Assembly (NCBI GenBank): GCA_903865705.1
Contig: CAIPKT010000104.1
Coordinates: 56,444-120,443 of the forward strand
From: an uncultured Chlorobiaceae bacterium
GTDB taxonomy: Bacteria; Bacteroidota; Chlorobiia; Chlorobiales; Chlorobiaceae
Length of the DNA stretch: 64,000 bases
Direction of reading: 5' to 3'
Below, in pieces: positions 50,269-62,413 of the stretch (positions within the stretch are counted from its first letter, which is position 1; every line of letters begins with the position of its first letter). The notes below the pieces were generated by a model. It was not told where the DNA came from, made no database searches, and saw only the letters and a list, made by a program, of their open reading frames with translations. The position numbers were made by a program, and so were the translations under genes.

Positions 50269-50895
50269 ATGGATAAACCAGATCCTACTCGTCACACAAA
50301 CACCATGACAAAAAAAGAATCCCTTTCCCGTGAAGAGCGCAAAAAGCAACTTGAGTTTCAACAGGAAGCAGTAGTTCATCTCAATGCACTCTACAATTAC
50401 GCACTTCACCTGACCATGAATCCGAGTGATGCCCATGATTTGGTACAGGAGACCTATCTGAAGGCTTATCGATTTTTTAATTCTTTCGAACGGGGAACAA
50501 ACTGCAAAGCATGGTTGTTCAAAATTCTCAAGAACAACTATATAAATCGATTTCGCAAGAACTCAAAAGAACCGGGTAAAGTTGATTACGATCTTATCAA
50601 GGATTTTTATCATTCGATCAAGGATACACGGAGTGACACAAGTGAGGAAGAGAGTGATTATTTTCATTCATTGTTGCATGAAGAGGTCTATCAGGCGCTC
50701 CACTCTTTGCCTGAGGAGTTCAGGGAGGTAATTCAGTTGTGTGATATAGAAGGATTTACCTATGAGGAGATTGCAAATATGGTAGAAAGCCCTATAGGCA
50801 CGGTAAGATCCAGGCTTTATCGAGGAAGAAAACTTTTACGTTCGCAACTTGAGGGTTATGCAAAAAAATATGGGTTTAACACCGATAACATTTAA
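50269..50895 (+). CDS. ECF-type sigma-70 family RNA polymerase sigma factor
   Basis: Region 2 ([17 protein letters not shown]) and region 4 ([28 protein letters not shown]). Confidence 0.9.
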   Translation: MDKPDPTRHTNTMTKKESLSREERKKQLEFQQEAVVHLNALYNYALHLTMNPSDAHDLVQETYLKAYRFFNSFERGTNCKAWLFKILKNNYINRFRKNSKEPGKVDYDLIKDFYHSIKDTRSDTSEEESDYFHSLLHEEVYQALHSLPEEFREVIQLCDIEGFTYEEIANMVESPIGTVRSRLYRGRKLLRSQLEGYAKKYGFNTDNI

Positions 50896-50925
50896 TAAAT
50901 CAAGCCGCAAAAACTTTTTTTTACT

Positions 50926-51180
50926 ATGAACTGCAAAAAAGCTGGCGTATTTATTAGTGCCTCAGTCGATGGAGAACTTTCCCTGAGTGAAGAACAGGAG
51001 TTTCTCCTTCACCTCTCGGAATGCAAAGAATGCTGCCTTGAATTTGAGGAGGCAAAGAAAACCAAGATGATCATCAGGGAAAGAATTATCCAGTTTAAGG
51101 CTCCTCAGTCTCTGATTATGTCAATCATGCAACTCACCAACTTCAGTACCAAAGAGCACGAAGACACCCTTCTTTTATGA
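50926..51180 (+). CDS. Small soluble zinc-binding (ZAS, zf-HC2) anti-sigma factor
   Basis: HLSECKEC, i.e. the H-x3-C-x2-C motif. 84 aa with no TM segment; lies immediately downstream of the sigma factor gene. Confidence 0.7.
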   Translation: MNCKKAGVFISASVDGELSLSEEQEFLLHLSECKECCLEFEEAKKTKMIIRERIIQFKAPQSLIMSIMQLTNFSTKEHEDTLLL

Positions 51181-51343
51181 GTATCATCACCAGAGTAATC
51201 ACAGTCGCCACGAAGAATCAAGCATATCTGATTTGAATTGGATGCATTAATGGTTATTGTAAGCGTTCAGTCTCCCATGAAAGAATCATTATCGACTGCC
51301 AAGCCGGGAGCACATCTCTCTCTGCAGTAACCCTGTATTTATT

Positions 51344-51733
51344 ATGAACAAGAACGTTATCATCACAGAGGAAGAGGTGAAAAAGTGGCATCTCAATATG
51401 CCGGATGAGATGCTCGATGCGGTCTCCACTCGATTCAAACTGCTCTCTGAACCAATAAGACTGAAAATATTACGGGTTCTTTGTGAGCAGGAACATTCCG
51501 TGCAGGAGATTGTCAATGAAGTCAATACAAGCCAGGCGAACATCTCTAAACATCTGGCCCTTATGCTTGAGAATGGAGTTGTCAGCAGACGAAAAGAGGG
51601 ATTGAAATGTTATTACCGCATCGCCGATGAGAGTGTTATCTACTCCTGTTATCTGAGTTCAAGAAGTGTTGTTGACAACCTGCATAAGCAACTCTGCTGG
51701 GTAGAAAAAATCCAATCCAATCTCTCCAGTTGA
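51344..51733 (+). CDS. ArsR/SmtB-family transcriptional regulator
   Basis: [47 protein letters not shown]. Confidence 0.85.
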   Translation: MNKNVIITEEEVKKWHLNMPDEMLDAVSTRFKLLSEPIRLKILRVLCEQEHSVQEIVNEVNTSQANISKHLALMLENGVVSRRKEGLKCYYRIADESVIYSCYLSSRSVVDNLHKQLCWVEKIQSNLSS

Positions 51734-51898
51734 CTAGCCCCCTATTTGCCCGAATATCAATCCCCTACTATACAGCCACTCCGTCAAACACGTCCACTGT
51801 CTGACATTTTTTTTATTACCGACCAGATTGTGTGACATAATAGCTGTTTATATGTCGTTTTTGACGACTCATGTTATAATAAACTCACAAACAACGCG

Positions 51899-51915
51899 TT
51901 GGCACGCTTTTTGAT
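51899..51915 (+). promoter_or_regulatory. Candidate sigma-54 (-24/-12) promoter upstream of hsp20-dnaK
   Basis: TGGCACGCTTTTTGAT compared with the consensus TGGCACG-N4-TTGCW: correct spacing and one mismatch (C to A at -12). Lies about 77 nt upstream of the hsp20 ATG. Confidence 0.3.
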
Positions 51916-51990
51916 GGTTATTGATAAGACGTTGTTCATGACCACTAATTACTAAAACTATAACAAAGCCATAACAGTAAGGAGAATGTC

Positions 51991-54397
<2,407 letters not shown>

Positions 54398-54426
54398 ACC
54401 GCCAAAAAGAACAGCTCTCGTTTTCA

Positions 54427-54460
54427 GCAAAGGGATTCTTCGTGAATCCCTTTGCTATTT
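54427..54460 (+). terminator. Rho-independent terminator after dnaK
   Basis: gcaaagggattc-ttcgt-gaatccctttgc followed by TATTT. Confidence 0.7.
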
Positions 54461-54533
54461 GACTGGGTTTTTACTAATTTAAAGCCTGTTAAAGGCAGAA
54501 CACCAGAGTGTGTTATATTTGCAAATTTTAACC

Positions 54534-54977
54534 ATGCAAACAATGCAACCTCAGCTCAGCCGTCCGGATACCGGCAAAAACCAGGTCAGGGTCAGCACAT
54601 CAGGACCATGGTCAGGCAATGCGGCTCATAAAGCAGAGAAGTATTATATCACCTCTGCAAAAAGGGATAACCGTGGGGACCTTCGGGTACAGATAAGTCC
54701 TGCTTCAGGGCGCAGAAAGTTGTCGCCTACCACGGAGATGATCAAAAAAATTATGTCCGAGGAAATTGATCTTTTTGTTCTGTCAACTCAGCCTGACATC
54801 GGCATTGACCTCAACAAGCAGATTATTGACAACGAGAACCGCTACGTCATTGATTTTGATAACCGTGGCATCAAATGGACAATGAGGGACATTCCTGTCT
54901 TTTATAGTTCACTTCAACAAAAGCTTTGTGTTGAAATTGACCGGCAAACCTATACGCTGGACGAATTCTTTAAATAA
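54534..54977 (+). CDS. Hypothetical protein
   Basis: 147-aa ORF from the ATG at 54534 (the track start at 54510 is a GTG); no recognisable motif. Confidence 0.5.
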   Translation: MQTMQPQLSRPDTGKNQVRVSTSGPWSGNAAHKAEKYYITSAKRDNRGDLRVQISPASGRRKLSPTTEMIKKIMSEEIDLFVLSTQPDIGIDLNKQIIDNENRYVIDFDNRGIKWTMRDIPVFYSSLQQKLCVEIDRQTYTLDEFFK

Positions 54978-54997
54978 ACACAATTACTTTAATAACC

Positions 54998-55017
54998 ACC
55001 CCGGGATAACCCGGGGT
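54998..55017. terminator. G+C-rich hairpin between convergent genes
   Basis: accccggg-ataa-cccggggt; the flanking T-tract is weak. Confidence 0.4.
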
Positions 55018-55057
55018 TGCGTTATTGCTCCTCTACTTACCTTTTGAATTAGGTGCG

Positions 55058-55798
55058 CTATAGTAGTTTCTTGCGCGCAAGGACTGCTTGAGACGAGGCT
55101 GGATAGACTTTGACCAAATCACTGTACCTTGCTTTTGCATTGGCTGTATCACCAATTAACTCAAAAGAGAGAGCCTGCTTGTAAAGTGCAGCAGGCCGCC
55201 TGATGCTTTTGGTATATTTGGAAATAACAACCTGATATTCAAGAATGGCTTTTTCGTACCATTTCTCGCTGAAATAGCTTTCGGCTATGTAAAACTGCGC
55301 CTTATCGACAAGAGCAGATGCCGGTGTGCTCTTCAAGAGCAAACTGAAGCTTTCCCTTGCGCCGGCAAAGTTGTTTTTGTTGAGCTTTTCCAATCCTTCA
55401 TCAAGCAATGCCGAATCAGTTGCCGGGGTCGGCGTCGATGGGATTGCCAAAGCGGGTTTTTCCTCTTTGGGGGCTATGTACTGCTCAAGTTTCTGAAGCC
55501 TCAATTCAAGCTCATCAACCTTGTGCACCAGCAGAGAGTCTTCCATACCAAGGCGGCCAAACGCCAGACTGTTCGTATGGGAATTCTCTTCAATACTGCC
55601 CTTTAACTTCGAAACCTCATCACGAACCTGCTGAACATCTGAATAGGAGACTGCCGACTGGGATTTAATGGTCTCAGAGTCGGTTTTCAGCTTTTTCAGA
55701 TTATCTTCCACAACAAGAAGATCCTGCTTTGAAGCACAGGCCGATAGTGCGAGAACCGGCAAAAAGATAAAGGGTTTAATCTTTTTATACATAGTCAA
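55058..55798 (-). CDS. ybgF: Tol-Pal system protein YbgF/CpoB
   Basis: Lipoprotein-like signal (LALSACAS), an N-terminal coiled coil, C-terminal TPR repeats, and its position after pal. Confidence 0.8.
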   Translation of the reverse strand: MTMYKKIKPFIFLPVLALSACASKQDLLVVEDNLKKLKTDSETIKSQSAVSYSDVQQVRDEVSKLKGSIEENSHTNSLAFGRLGMEDSLLVHKVDELELRLQKLEQYIAPKEEKPALAIPSTPTPATDSALLDEGLEKLNKNNFAGARESFSLLLKSTPASALVDKAQFYIAESYFSEKWYEKAILEYQVVISKYTKSIRRPAALYKQALSFELIGDTANAKARYSDLVKVYPASSQAVLARKKLL

Positions 55799-55813
55799 TA
55801 AGGGTTTCTTCCG

Positions 55814-56314
55814 TTATTTCTGGACGAAGTGCGCCCGACGATTTTTCGACCATGACTCTTCGTTATGGCCCGCAGCAAAGGGACGCTCTTCACCAAAACT
55901 GACCGTTTCAAGACGGGATGGAGCAACACCATACCTGACCAGAAACTCTTTCACACTTGTTGCCCGGCGATCGCCCAGCGCAAGATTGTATTCTGATGTT
56001 CCCCTTTCGTCACAGTGACCTTCAACAAGAGCCTTTTTAAGAGCATTGCTTTCCAGCCATATCCCGTTCTGCTTCAACTGCTCCTGAGCTTCAGTACTCA
56101 GCGTTGAACTGTCAAATTCAAAGAAGGCATCGCCCAGCGGTCCCGTCTGCCATTGATCAAACCCATAACCGGAGGGTAATGAAGGCACTGCTAACGGAGT
56201 GGCCTGATTTGTCGTGACTTGATCAGGAGTGACTTGATCAGGAGTTACTGCGCTTTTTGATGAGCAACCGGCGGTTACCATCAAAGCGAGAACAATGATG
56301 CTGTTCTTTTTCAT
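55814..56314 (-). CDS. pal: Peptidoglycan-associated lipoprotein (OmpA-family), copy 2
   Basis: Lipobox MVTAGCSS and the OmpA-like domain [21 protein letters not shown]. The linker contains a TPDQV direct repeat. Confidence 0.88.
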   Translation of the reverse strand: MKKNSIIVLALMVTAGCSSKSAVTPDQVTPDQVTTNQATPLAVPSLPSGYGFDQWQTGPLGDAFFEFDSSTLSTEAQEQLKQNGIWLESNALKKALVEGHCDERGTSEYNLALGDRRATSVKEFLVRYGVAPSRLETVSFGEERPFAAGHNEESWSKNRRAHFVQK

Positions 56315-56397
56315 GAATTCATTTCAATTAATTATTGATAAAAAAGGGGGCGGCCAAAAGATGACCGACCCCGTGTTGGTTTAAGCAAAAGATCCGT

Positions 56398-56856
56398 TTA
56401 TTCAACGACAAAGTGAGCCCTTCTGTTCTGAGCCCAAGCCTCCTCATTGTGACCGTCGGCAAATGGTTTTTCCTCACCAAAACTAACCGTCTTCAAGCGG
56501 GCGGGAGAAACACCGAGATTAACGACATAATCCTTCGCGCTGTTTGCACGGCGCTCACCAAGAGCAAGGTTATACTCACTTGTACCCCTCTCATCGCAAT
56601 GTCCTTCGATGATAACATTACTTGTTCCGTTTGCCTGAATCCAGTTGGCATTTGTCCTTAATTGTGCAACAGCATCCGCACGGAGCTCAGAACGGTCAAA
56701 ATCATAGAAAACATCACCGAGACCTGGCAAAACTATCGCAGGAGGAGGTGGTGGTGGCGGTGGTGCTACAACAGTCTCCTCACAGCAAGCACAAGCACCA
56801 AGAAAGAGCATGGTAGGAATAAACAGAGTCCTCAATAAAGGCTTCATAGTTTTCAT
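56398..56856 (-). CDS. pal: Peptidoglycan-associated lipoprotein (OmpA-family), copy 1
   Basis: Start MKTMKPLL with a GGGGGA ribosome-binding site, lipobox FLGACAC, a P8 linker, and [21 protein letters not shown]. The track start at 56913 would overlap tolB and was rejected. Confidence 0.88.
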   Translation of the reverse strand: MKTMKPLLRTLFIPTMLFLGACACCEETVVAPPPPPPPPAIVLPGLGDVFYDFDRSELRADAVAQLRTNANWIQANGTSNVIIEGHCDERGTSEYNLALGERRANSAKDYVVNLGVSPARLKTVSFGEEKPFADGHNEEAWAQNRRAHFVVE

Positions 56857-56894
56857 TTTTCCCCCTTTTTCATTTTTGTTAAAAGAAAACGATA

Positions 56895-58223
56895 CTACCT
56901 GAATAACGACCACGATGGCTGTGTCTGCAAATCATCACCCTGCAATAAAAGCCGCTCGTTACCACCTTTAGAACTCATAACGTACATCTTCTCTTTTCCC
57001 TGACGATTAGAGGTATATACAATCATCTCACCATCGGGAGACCATGATGGTGACTTGTTTTCCCCGTTATTTTGGGTTAATTGCAATAAACCAGAACCAT
57101 CAGTATTTATAACAAATATATTGATTTCACCGTTCTTTTCCCATGTAGTATACGCAATTTTATCGCCCAACGGGGACCATGACGGCTGGGTATTATAACG
57201 CCCGCTGAAGGTAAGTCTTTTTACCAAACCAGATTGAATATCCTGGATAAAGATCTGCGGCAGCCCGTTTCTTGAAGAAACAAAGGCCATCCGGGTGCCG
57301 TCGGGTGAAAAGGCTGGCGAAATATCAATGCTTTTATTGTTCGTAACCCTTTTGGAAAGCGAGCCGTCAGTTTTTACAAGATAAATTGCCTGATTACCAT
57401 CAAGAGAAAGAGTTGCTGCCACCTCGCTGTTGTTTCTCCAACCCGGGTCGATACTGACACCGCTTTTACCTACTGATGCGATAGTGCCACCAGCAAGATC
57501 CCTGATGTAGAGAGTCGGCCTGCCTGGTGCAAAACTGATATAAGCAAGAGACCTGCCATCCGGAGAAATAGCCGGATTCATTGCAATAGATTTCGCATTG
57601 GTCAGTTGCTGAACCCCATATCCATCAAAGTCACACTCATAGACCTCTTTGAAACCGTTTTTATTTGAAACAAAAACAATTTTGCTGCCAAAGACCGATT
57701 TTTTACCCGTAAGCAACTCTACAAGATCTGCGCAAAAGGCATGACCTATTGAACGAAGCCCTTCCTCCCTACCGGTATAGGTTTTGCTGAGTAGTAATTT
57801 GGAACCTGAGGCATCATAGACCTTCATGTCAAGGTTTATCATACCTGATTTTCTCGTAAGCGATCCTCCGGCATAAACCTCCGCGCCGACTGAAGTCAGT
57901 GCACCAAAATTGATGACAACATTCTTTTTGTCGCTATAGTCTCTCACGTTAAGCGGTGGAGAGATCAGGGCGAAAAGCTTTGTAAAATCAAGTCCATCAT
58001 ACATAATGGTATCAAGACTCTGTGCAAACCGGCTCTCTTTAGTTCCATTTGCATCCAGCTTGTCAAGCACCAGAGCAATGTTACCCGACCCCTCTTTTCG
58101 GATAGCTATATACTCTCCAGTTTCTGCTGCAGAGAGGTTCAACGGTAAAATAACCAGACAAAAAAAAGCAAAGAAAATGCTGGGAACAACACGATTGAAT
58201 AATTGAAACATGAGCCAAAACAC
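56895..58223 (-). CDS. tolB: Tol-Pal system beta-propeller protein TolB
   Basis: Signal peptide, TolB N-domain, and repeated P(A/S)xSPDG(x)xxAY/F blades. Confidence 0.92.
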   Translation of the reverse strand: MFWLMFQLFNRVVPSIFFAFFCLVILPLNLSAAETGEYIAIRKEGSGNIALVLDKLDANGTKESRFAQSLDTIMYDGLDFTKLFALISPPLNVRDYSDKKNVVINFGALTSVGAEVYAGGSLTRKSGMINLDMKVYDASGSKLLLSKTYTGREEGLRSIGHAFCADLVELLTGKKSVFGSKIVFVSNKNGFKEVYECDFDGYGVQQLTNAKSIAMNPAISPDGRSLAYISFAPGRPTLYIRDLAGGTIASVGKSGVSIDPGWRNNSEVAATLSLDGNQAIYLVKTDGSLSKRVTNNKSIDISPAFSPDGTRMAFVSSRNGLPQIFIQDIQSGLVKRLTFSGRYNTQPSWSPLGDKIAYTTWEKNGEINIFVINTDGSGLLQLTQNNGENKSPSWSPDGEMIVYTSNRQGKEKMYVMSSKGGNERLLLQGDDLQTQPSWSLFR

Positions 58224-58425
58224 TTTAATAGTTACAGGTAATCTTTAATTGGCTAATCCACATAAACATCCGGGCAATACCACTCCATACGTTTTCATAA
58301 AACCAATACCAGAAAAAACACCTTACAGCAATGTTCAAAAAAATATAGTAAAATATTCAGAAAATATCCTTATAGGGATCTGTTTTCACGGCCATCTTTC
58401 AGGAAAAACGCGAGAGGCATTTTTC

Positions 58426-59283
58426 CTACTCAATACCTTCCGGAGTAAATACAAATCCTATCCAGACGTCCCGGGATCCCGCTTCTTTGGGGAGAGCAGG
58501 GAGAGGAGAAGATTTCTCAAGAGCCTTTTTCACTGAATTGTTCAGATACTCGCTTGGTGCCCGCTTATCAAAAACAATTTGGCGAATCGTTCCGTCGGCA
58601 AGAATATTGATCCGGACATAGACGCTCATCCCGTAACTGTTTTTTTTGAGCAACGGATTGGAAAACGACCAGTTTTGCTGAATGATCCCAGCAATTTCTG
58701 CCTTGTAAGGATCGGCTGTTCCCCCGCTGCCGGAGCCTTTACCGACACTGCTTCTGCCGCCGTAAGAGCCAGGTCGTCCTTCGCCGCTCCCTGTTCCTGC
58801 CTGACGGCCATTATTTTTGACTTTTTGCTGAAGGTCTGCAAGCGCCTTGTTCAGATTGCTACTCGTTGCTTGCTTAGTCAATGGTGGCGTTTTCTCTGCA
58901 ACTTTTTGTTTAAGACGCTCAAGCGCCTTATTGATATCAACCGGCTTATCAACAACCTTCGGCCTTGGCGGCTCTACCGGAACCGGCTTCGGGGCAACCG
59001 GCTGTAACTTTTCCGGAACAGCGTCCTTGACAGCAGGTTCAACCGCAGGGGGAGGAGAATTTGCTCCAGGCGATTCAGAATGCACGCCCGCACCTCCTGA
59101 ACCAGGGAGCGAAATAAGAGAGACACTAATAATTTTAGGCTTGACATGCCGGCCTGAATCCCATATCTGAAGATACAAGAGCAAAAAGAGCACTAAAGCA
59201 TGCATAAAAGCCGCGGCGGCAAGCCAGAGGGAAAACTTTTTTTCAGCCGTCATAAGCTTCTGACCTTTTTTCATATGCCGCAC
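58426..59283 (-). CDS. tolA: TolA/TonB-type energy transducer
   Basis: N-terminal TM segment, a Pro/Lys/Ala-rich linker, a C-terminal TonB_C-like domain, and its position after tolR. Confidence 0.8.
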   Translation of the reverse strand: MRHMKKGQKLMTAEKKFSLWLAAAAFMHALVLFLLLYLQIWDSGRHVKPKIISVSLISLPGSGGAGVHSESPGANSPPPAVEPAVKDAVPEKLQPVAPKPVPVEPPRPKVVDKPVDINKALERLKQKVAEKTPPLTKQATSSNLNKALADLQQKVKNNGRQAGTGSGEGRPGSYGGRSSVGKGSGSGGTADPYKAEIAGIIQQNWSFSNPLLKKNSYGMSVYVRINILADGTIRQIVFDKRAPSEYLNNSVKKALEKSSPLPALPKEAGSRDVWIGFVFTPEGIE

Positions 59284-59706
59284 CTACCTCCTGCCTTCCC
59301 TGGAAACGGCCGCCGGTTCAGTCACCATACCGATTTTTTCAATTCCAGCATCCCTGATTTGCGCCATGACATCCATCACCAAGCCATAAGGCAATGATTT
59401 GTCGGCTTTAAGATAGACCTCTCCTGTCTGCTTGACATCAAGAATAGTCGGCAGCTTTTCGCGTACCTCAGAGGCATTCAGCTCATATTTATTAATAAAA
59501 ACCCGCCTTGAGGCATCAATGCTGATTACAAGAGCTTTCTCATCCACGTCCATTTTCGCATGGGTGGTTGGCGGCGTTTCGACCTTCACGCCATGCGTCA
59601 TCATGGGAGCGGTTACCATAAAAATAATCAGCAGCACAAGCATGACATCAACAAACGGGGTTACGTTAATGTCACTCATCAATCTGCCTTTTCCTGAGGT
59701 AATCAT
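59284..59706 (-). CDS. tolR: TolR/ExbD biopolymer transport protein
   Basis: INVTPFVDVMLVLLIIFMV. Confidence 0.9.
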   Translation of the reverse strand: MITSGKGRLMSDINVTPFVDVMLVLLIIFMVTAPMMTHGVKVETPPTTHAKMDVDEKALVISIDASRRVFINKYELNASEVREKLPTILDVKQTGEVYLKADKSLPYGLVMDVMAQIRDAGIEKIGMVTEPAAVSREGRR

Positions 59707-59722
59707 ATCTGTGGATTATGCA

Positions 59723-60382
59723 CTACGGCTCGTTAATGAATGCTGCAACAAATTCAGGAGAAAACTCCTCCAGGTCCCGCTCAATGATACTGATCTGCTG
59801 CGTAAAATAGTTGTAGGCAATCACGGCAGGAATAGCAGCGGCAAGCCCGGCAGCGGTTGCAATCAAGGCTTCAGAAATACCGGGAGCAACGGCAGCAAGT
59901 GAAGCCGATTGGGTCAGACCGATATTATGGAATGAATTCATGATTCCCCATACCGTGCCGAAAAGGCCTATAAATGGTGCGGTATTGCCGACCGTTGCAA
60001 GAAAGGGAACAAGAGTTGACAACCTTTTGTTTTCAGCGTTGACCTCTCGTTTGACTGCCCGGGCAATACGCGCCCTTGCGTGCCGGATATCACCCTTGTC
60101 GCCAAGTGCCCGGTACTCAATATAGGCTGAACGGAAAACTCTTGGCAAGGAGCCATTTCTGAAATTTTCGCTTTCAGTAAAGGCCTTGTCAACATTGTAG
60201 ACCTCGAAAAAATAGTCAAGAAAGGCCTTGGACTCGCGCAAGGATTTACGGAGATACCCAAACTTGAAGGCAATGATGGCCCATGATATAATTGAGAACA
60301 AAAGCAGCAGTGAAAGCACCATCAGCACAACAGGTCCTGCATCAGAAAGCAGGCCGAACATCCCTAATCTGGAATCAAGCAT
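59723..60382 (-). CDS. tolQ: TolQ/ExbB/MotA-family proton channel
   Basis: LATVGNTAPFIGLFGTVWGIM...APGISEALIATAAGL. Confidence 0.92.
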   Translation of the reverse strand: MLDSRLGMFGLLSDAGPVVLMVLSLLLLFSIISWAIIAFKFGYLRKSLRESKAFLDYFFEVYNVDKAFTESENFRNGSLPRVFRSAYIEYRALGDKGDIRHARARIARAVKREVNAENKRLSTLVPFLATVGNTAPFIGLFGTVWGIMNSFHNIGLTQSASLAAVAPGISEALIATAAGLAAAIPAVIAYNYFTQQISIIERDLEEFSPEFVAAFINEP

Positions 60383-60406
60383 ATAAATAGAAACAATTAA
60401 AGTTCA

Positions 60407-61987
60407 TTAAAACAGGTTAACACTCTCAATCACCGTGTAAGCCAGTGCTGAACCGGAAAGAGCGCAAAGGGTATTGACCAGATCATTATTGACAAGAGGA
60501 GTTCCTTTGAGAAGCCTGTTTTCAACCAGCACACCGTCCGGTGACAAACTATGGGTCCGCTCCGTTACCTTTTCACGGATCGGATCAAAATACTGTGCCT
60601 GAACGGTTGCCCCGAAAAAGCTGTCAACCAGACTGGCCAGAAGCCCCGAAAACCCGATAAGAAGAAAAGACTGGAGTACCCCGAATTCACTCATCCACTT
60701 GACATTGACCGCCAGGGCACTGGCACAGATAAAGAGTGAGCCGAGGAACGCACCTGAAGTACCCGGAACAGAAACACCGCCGGAAGTCCCCACTGGCACC
60801 TCTTTGAATGTTGTCACCAGCCACGCTTTTGGATTTGGCCACATGGTACCGATTTCCGTCGCCCAAGTATCGGCCTGTACCGCTGCGAGCGTTCCGAGGT
60901 AGGCAAAAAAGATTGCCGGATCGTTTGTCAAGGAGAAAATAATCATCATAATCCAGGCTATCCCGCCATTGGCATAGACCTGACCAGCGTCTCGCTGTGA
61001 GCCTTTTTCAAAGACCAAATCAAATTTCGCTTTCCGTTTCTTGCCCAGTTTCGACAATACCGACGACAGAAGATAAAAGGTGAGAAGCGGTACGGTCCAC
61101 TCTACCCCACCGATACCGAAGATAGTGGTTCCAAGCAAAAATGTTGCCACTGCCCCGCTGTTATCAAGAAACTTGACCTTGATCGAAAAAACAGCAAGAA
61201 GAAAGGCAAAAAGTCCTCCGAGAAGAAACTGCTCAAGAACAATGGTATGATTCATCTCAAGCACATAGAGAGCGTAGGCGATAGAGACCGGGATAAAAAA
61301 GTTGTCGAGCCCATGAGACAAGAGTGCTTCAACACCGGTGGCAATAAGAGCCAGAAGAAGCGCAAGTGCAAGAAGCAACAACACCGGTTTTCCTGCAAGA
61401 CCTCCGCTGAAATCCTTGCTGAATAACATAAGACTTGCACTGAGCAGCAAAAAACCACTGATAAACATGGTAAGCGACCCTTCGACAGTCTTGGGGCTTT
61501 TCGTCAGATGCTCAATATGTTTTTTGCCGACCGAACTGCCAACCAAAGCTGCAAGTGAATCGCTGACACCCATCACCAGCATGGAGGTTTGCAGTATCCA
61601 CTTGTGCGACTCCCACAGAAAAAGAAGCTGAAGCAGAAAAACAAGAGGAAAGAGAAGCGAACCATAACTTTTTACCGCAGGCGACGGTGCGTTCTTCTCT
61701 TCAGGAAGTGCAAGCAGAGAGCCAAACCATTTGAACCGAATGTTAAGTCCATTAAAAAGGAGAAAAAGAAGCGCCGCAAGAGCAGGATAGAAGTTCGAAT
61801 GGAAATAGGCCGGCACAAAAAAGATAACCACTCCCATGGAGAGATGCACAACTTTTCTGACAACGAGACCACTGATACTGAATTTTTTTGTCAGGAGTTC
61901 AGCAAGAAGAACAAAAAGCAGTATAAGACAAAGTGTCAGGAAAAAGGCTGGAAAATCCTGAGGCAATGGAGCTTGGAGATTCAGCAT
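60407..61987 (-). CDS. Fusion membrane protein: an N-terminal phytol/dolichol-kinase-like (CTP-transferase-1 family, VTE5-like) domain and a C-terminal DUF92/TMEM19 (VTE6-like) domain
   Basis: N-terminal half has VRKVVHLSMGVVIFFVP and GVSDSLAALVGSSVGKKH (the family's D-x3-A-x3-G-x3-GK motif). C-terminal half has AAVQADTWATEIG and SGGVSVPGTSGAFLGS, typical of DUF92. Confidence 0.7.
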   Translation of the reverse strand: MLNLQAPLPQDFPAFFLTLCLILLFVLLAELLTKKFSISGLVVRKVVHLSMGVVIFFVPAYFHSNFYPALAALLFLLFNGLNIRFKWFGSLLALPEEKNAPSPAVKSYGSLLFPLVFLLQLLFLWESHKWILQTSMLVMGVSDSLAALVGSSVGKKHIEHLTKSPKTVEGSLTMFISGFLLLSASLMLFSKDFSGGLAGKPVLLLLALALLLALIATGVEALLSHGLDNFFIPVSIAYALYVLEMNHTIVLEQFLLGGLFAFLLAVFSIKVKFLDNSGAVATFLLGTTIFGIGGVEWTVPLLTFYLLSSVLSKLGKKRKAKFDLVFEKGSQRDAGQVYANGGIAWIMMIIFSLTNDPAIFFAYLGTLAAVQADTWATEIGTMWPNPKAWLVTTFKEVPVGTSGGVSVPGTSGAFLGSLFICASALAVNVKWMSEFGVLQSFLLIGFSGLLASLVDSFFGATVQAQYFDPIREKVTERTHSLSPDGVLVENRLLKGTPLVNNDLVNTLCALSGSALAYTVIESVNLF

Positions 61988-62413
61988 GGTTCGATTGTTG
62001 ACCCTGGTTGCACAAAAATAGATATAGATAACTGTACAGAATAAACGGCAATTATCCGCCAGATTATAACATTTTAATGTTTGTTTTAATAAAAGTTTAA
62101 ATGTAATTTAAATCGTATTTTTTGCTAAGTACCTATGAAACATGTTTCCGGAAATGTCCGAATTCAATTCACAGACCATTTATTCTATCTGCTGTAATGA
62201 AGATCGATTACTGCATCGTACCTCTTTTTCCTCTGGAATGACAGCGCATGTATCGAACGTCCTCAATTCAGGGATTATCGCCGGAACTCTTGTCATATAA
62301 ATCGAGAGCCGCTCCCAAGTCCATCTTTCTTTTTTCAATCGTATTTTCACTGTGGCTTCGGGATCTGTGACCCCTGAGATGTGATATTATAATAGCCAAA
62401 ATAAAATTCTGCC

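Noticed and set aside
51861-51880. TTGACG ... TATAAT as a sigma-70 promoter for hsp20
   Set aside because: Only 8 nt separate the two hexamers, and about 17 are required.
62040-62413. Possible leader peptide or attenuator upstream of ilvD
   Set aside because: The short ORFs present (for example MKHVSGNVRIQFTDHLFYLL) are not enriched in Ile/Val/Leu runs, and no terminator/antiterminator pair was evident.
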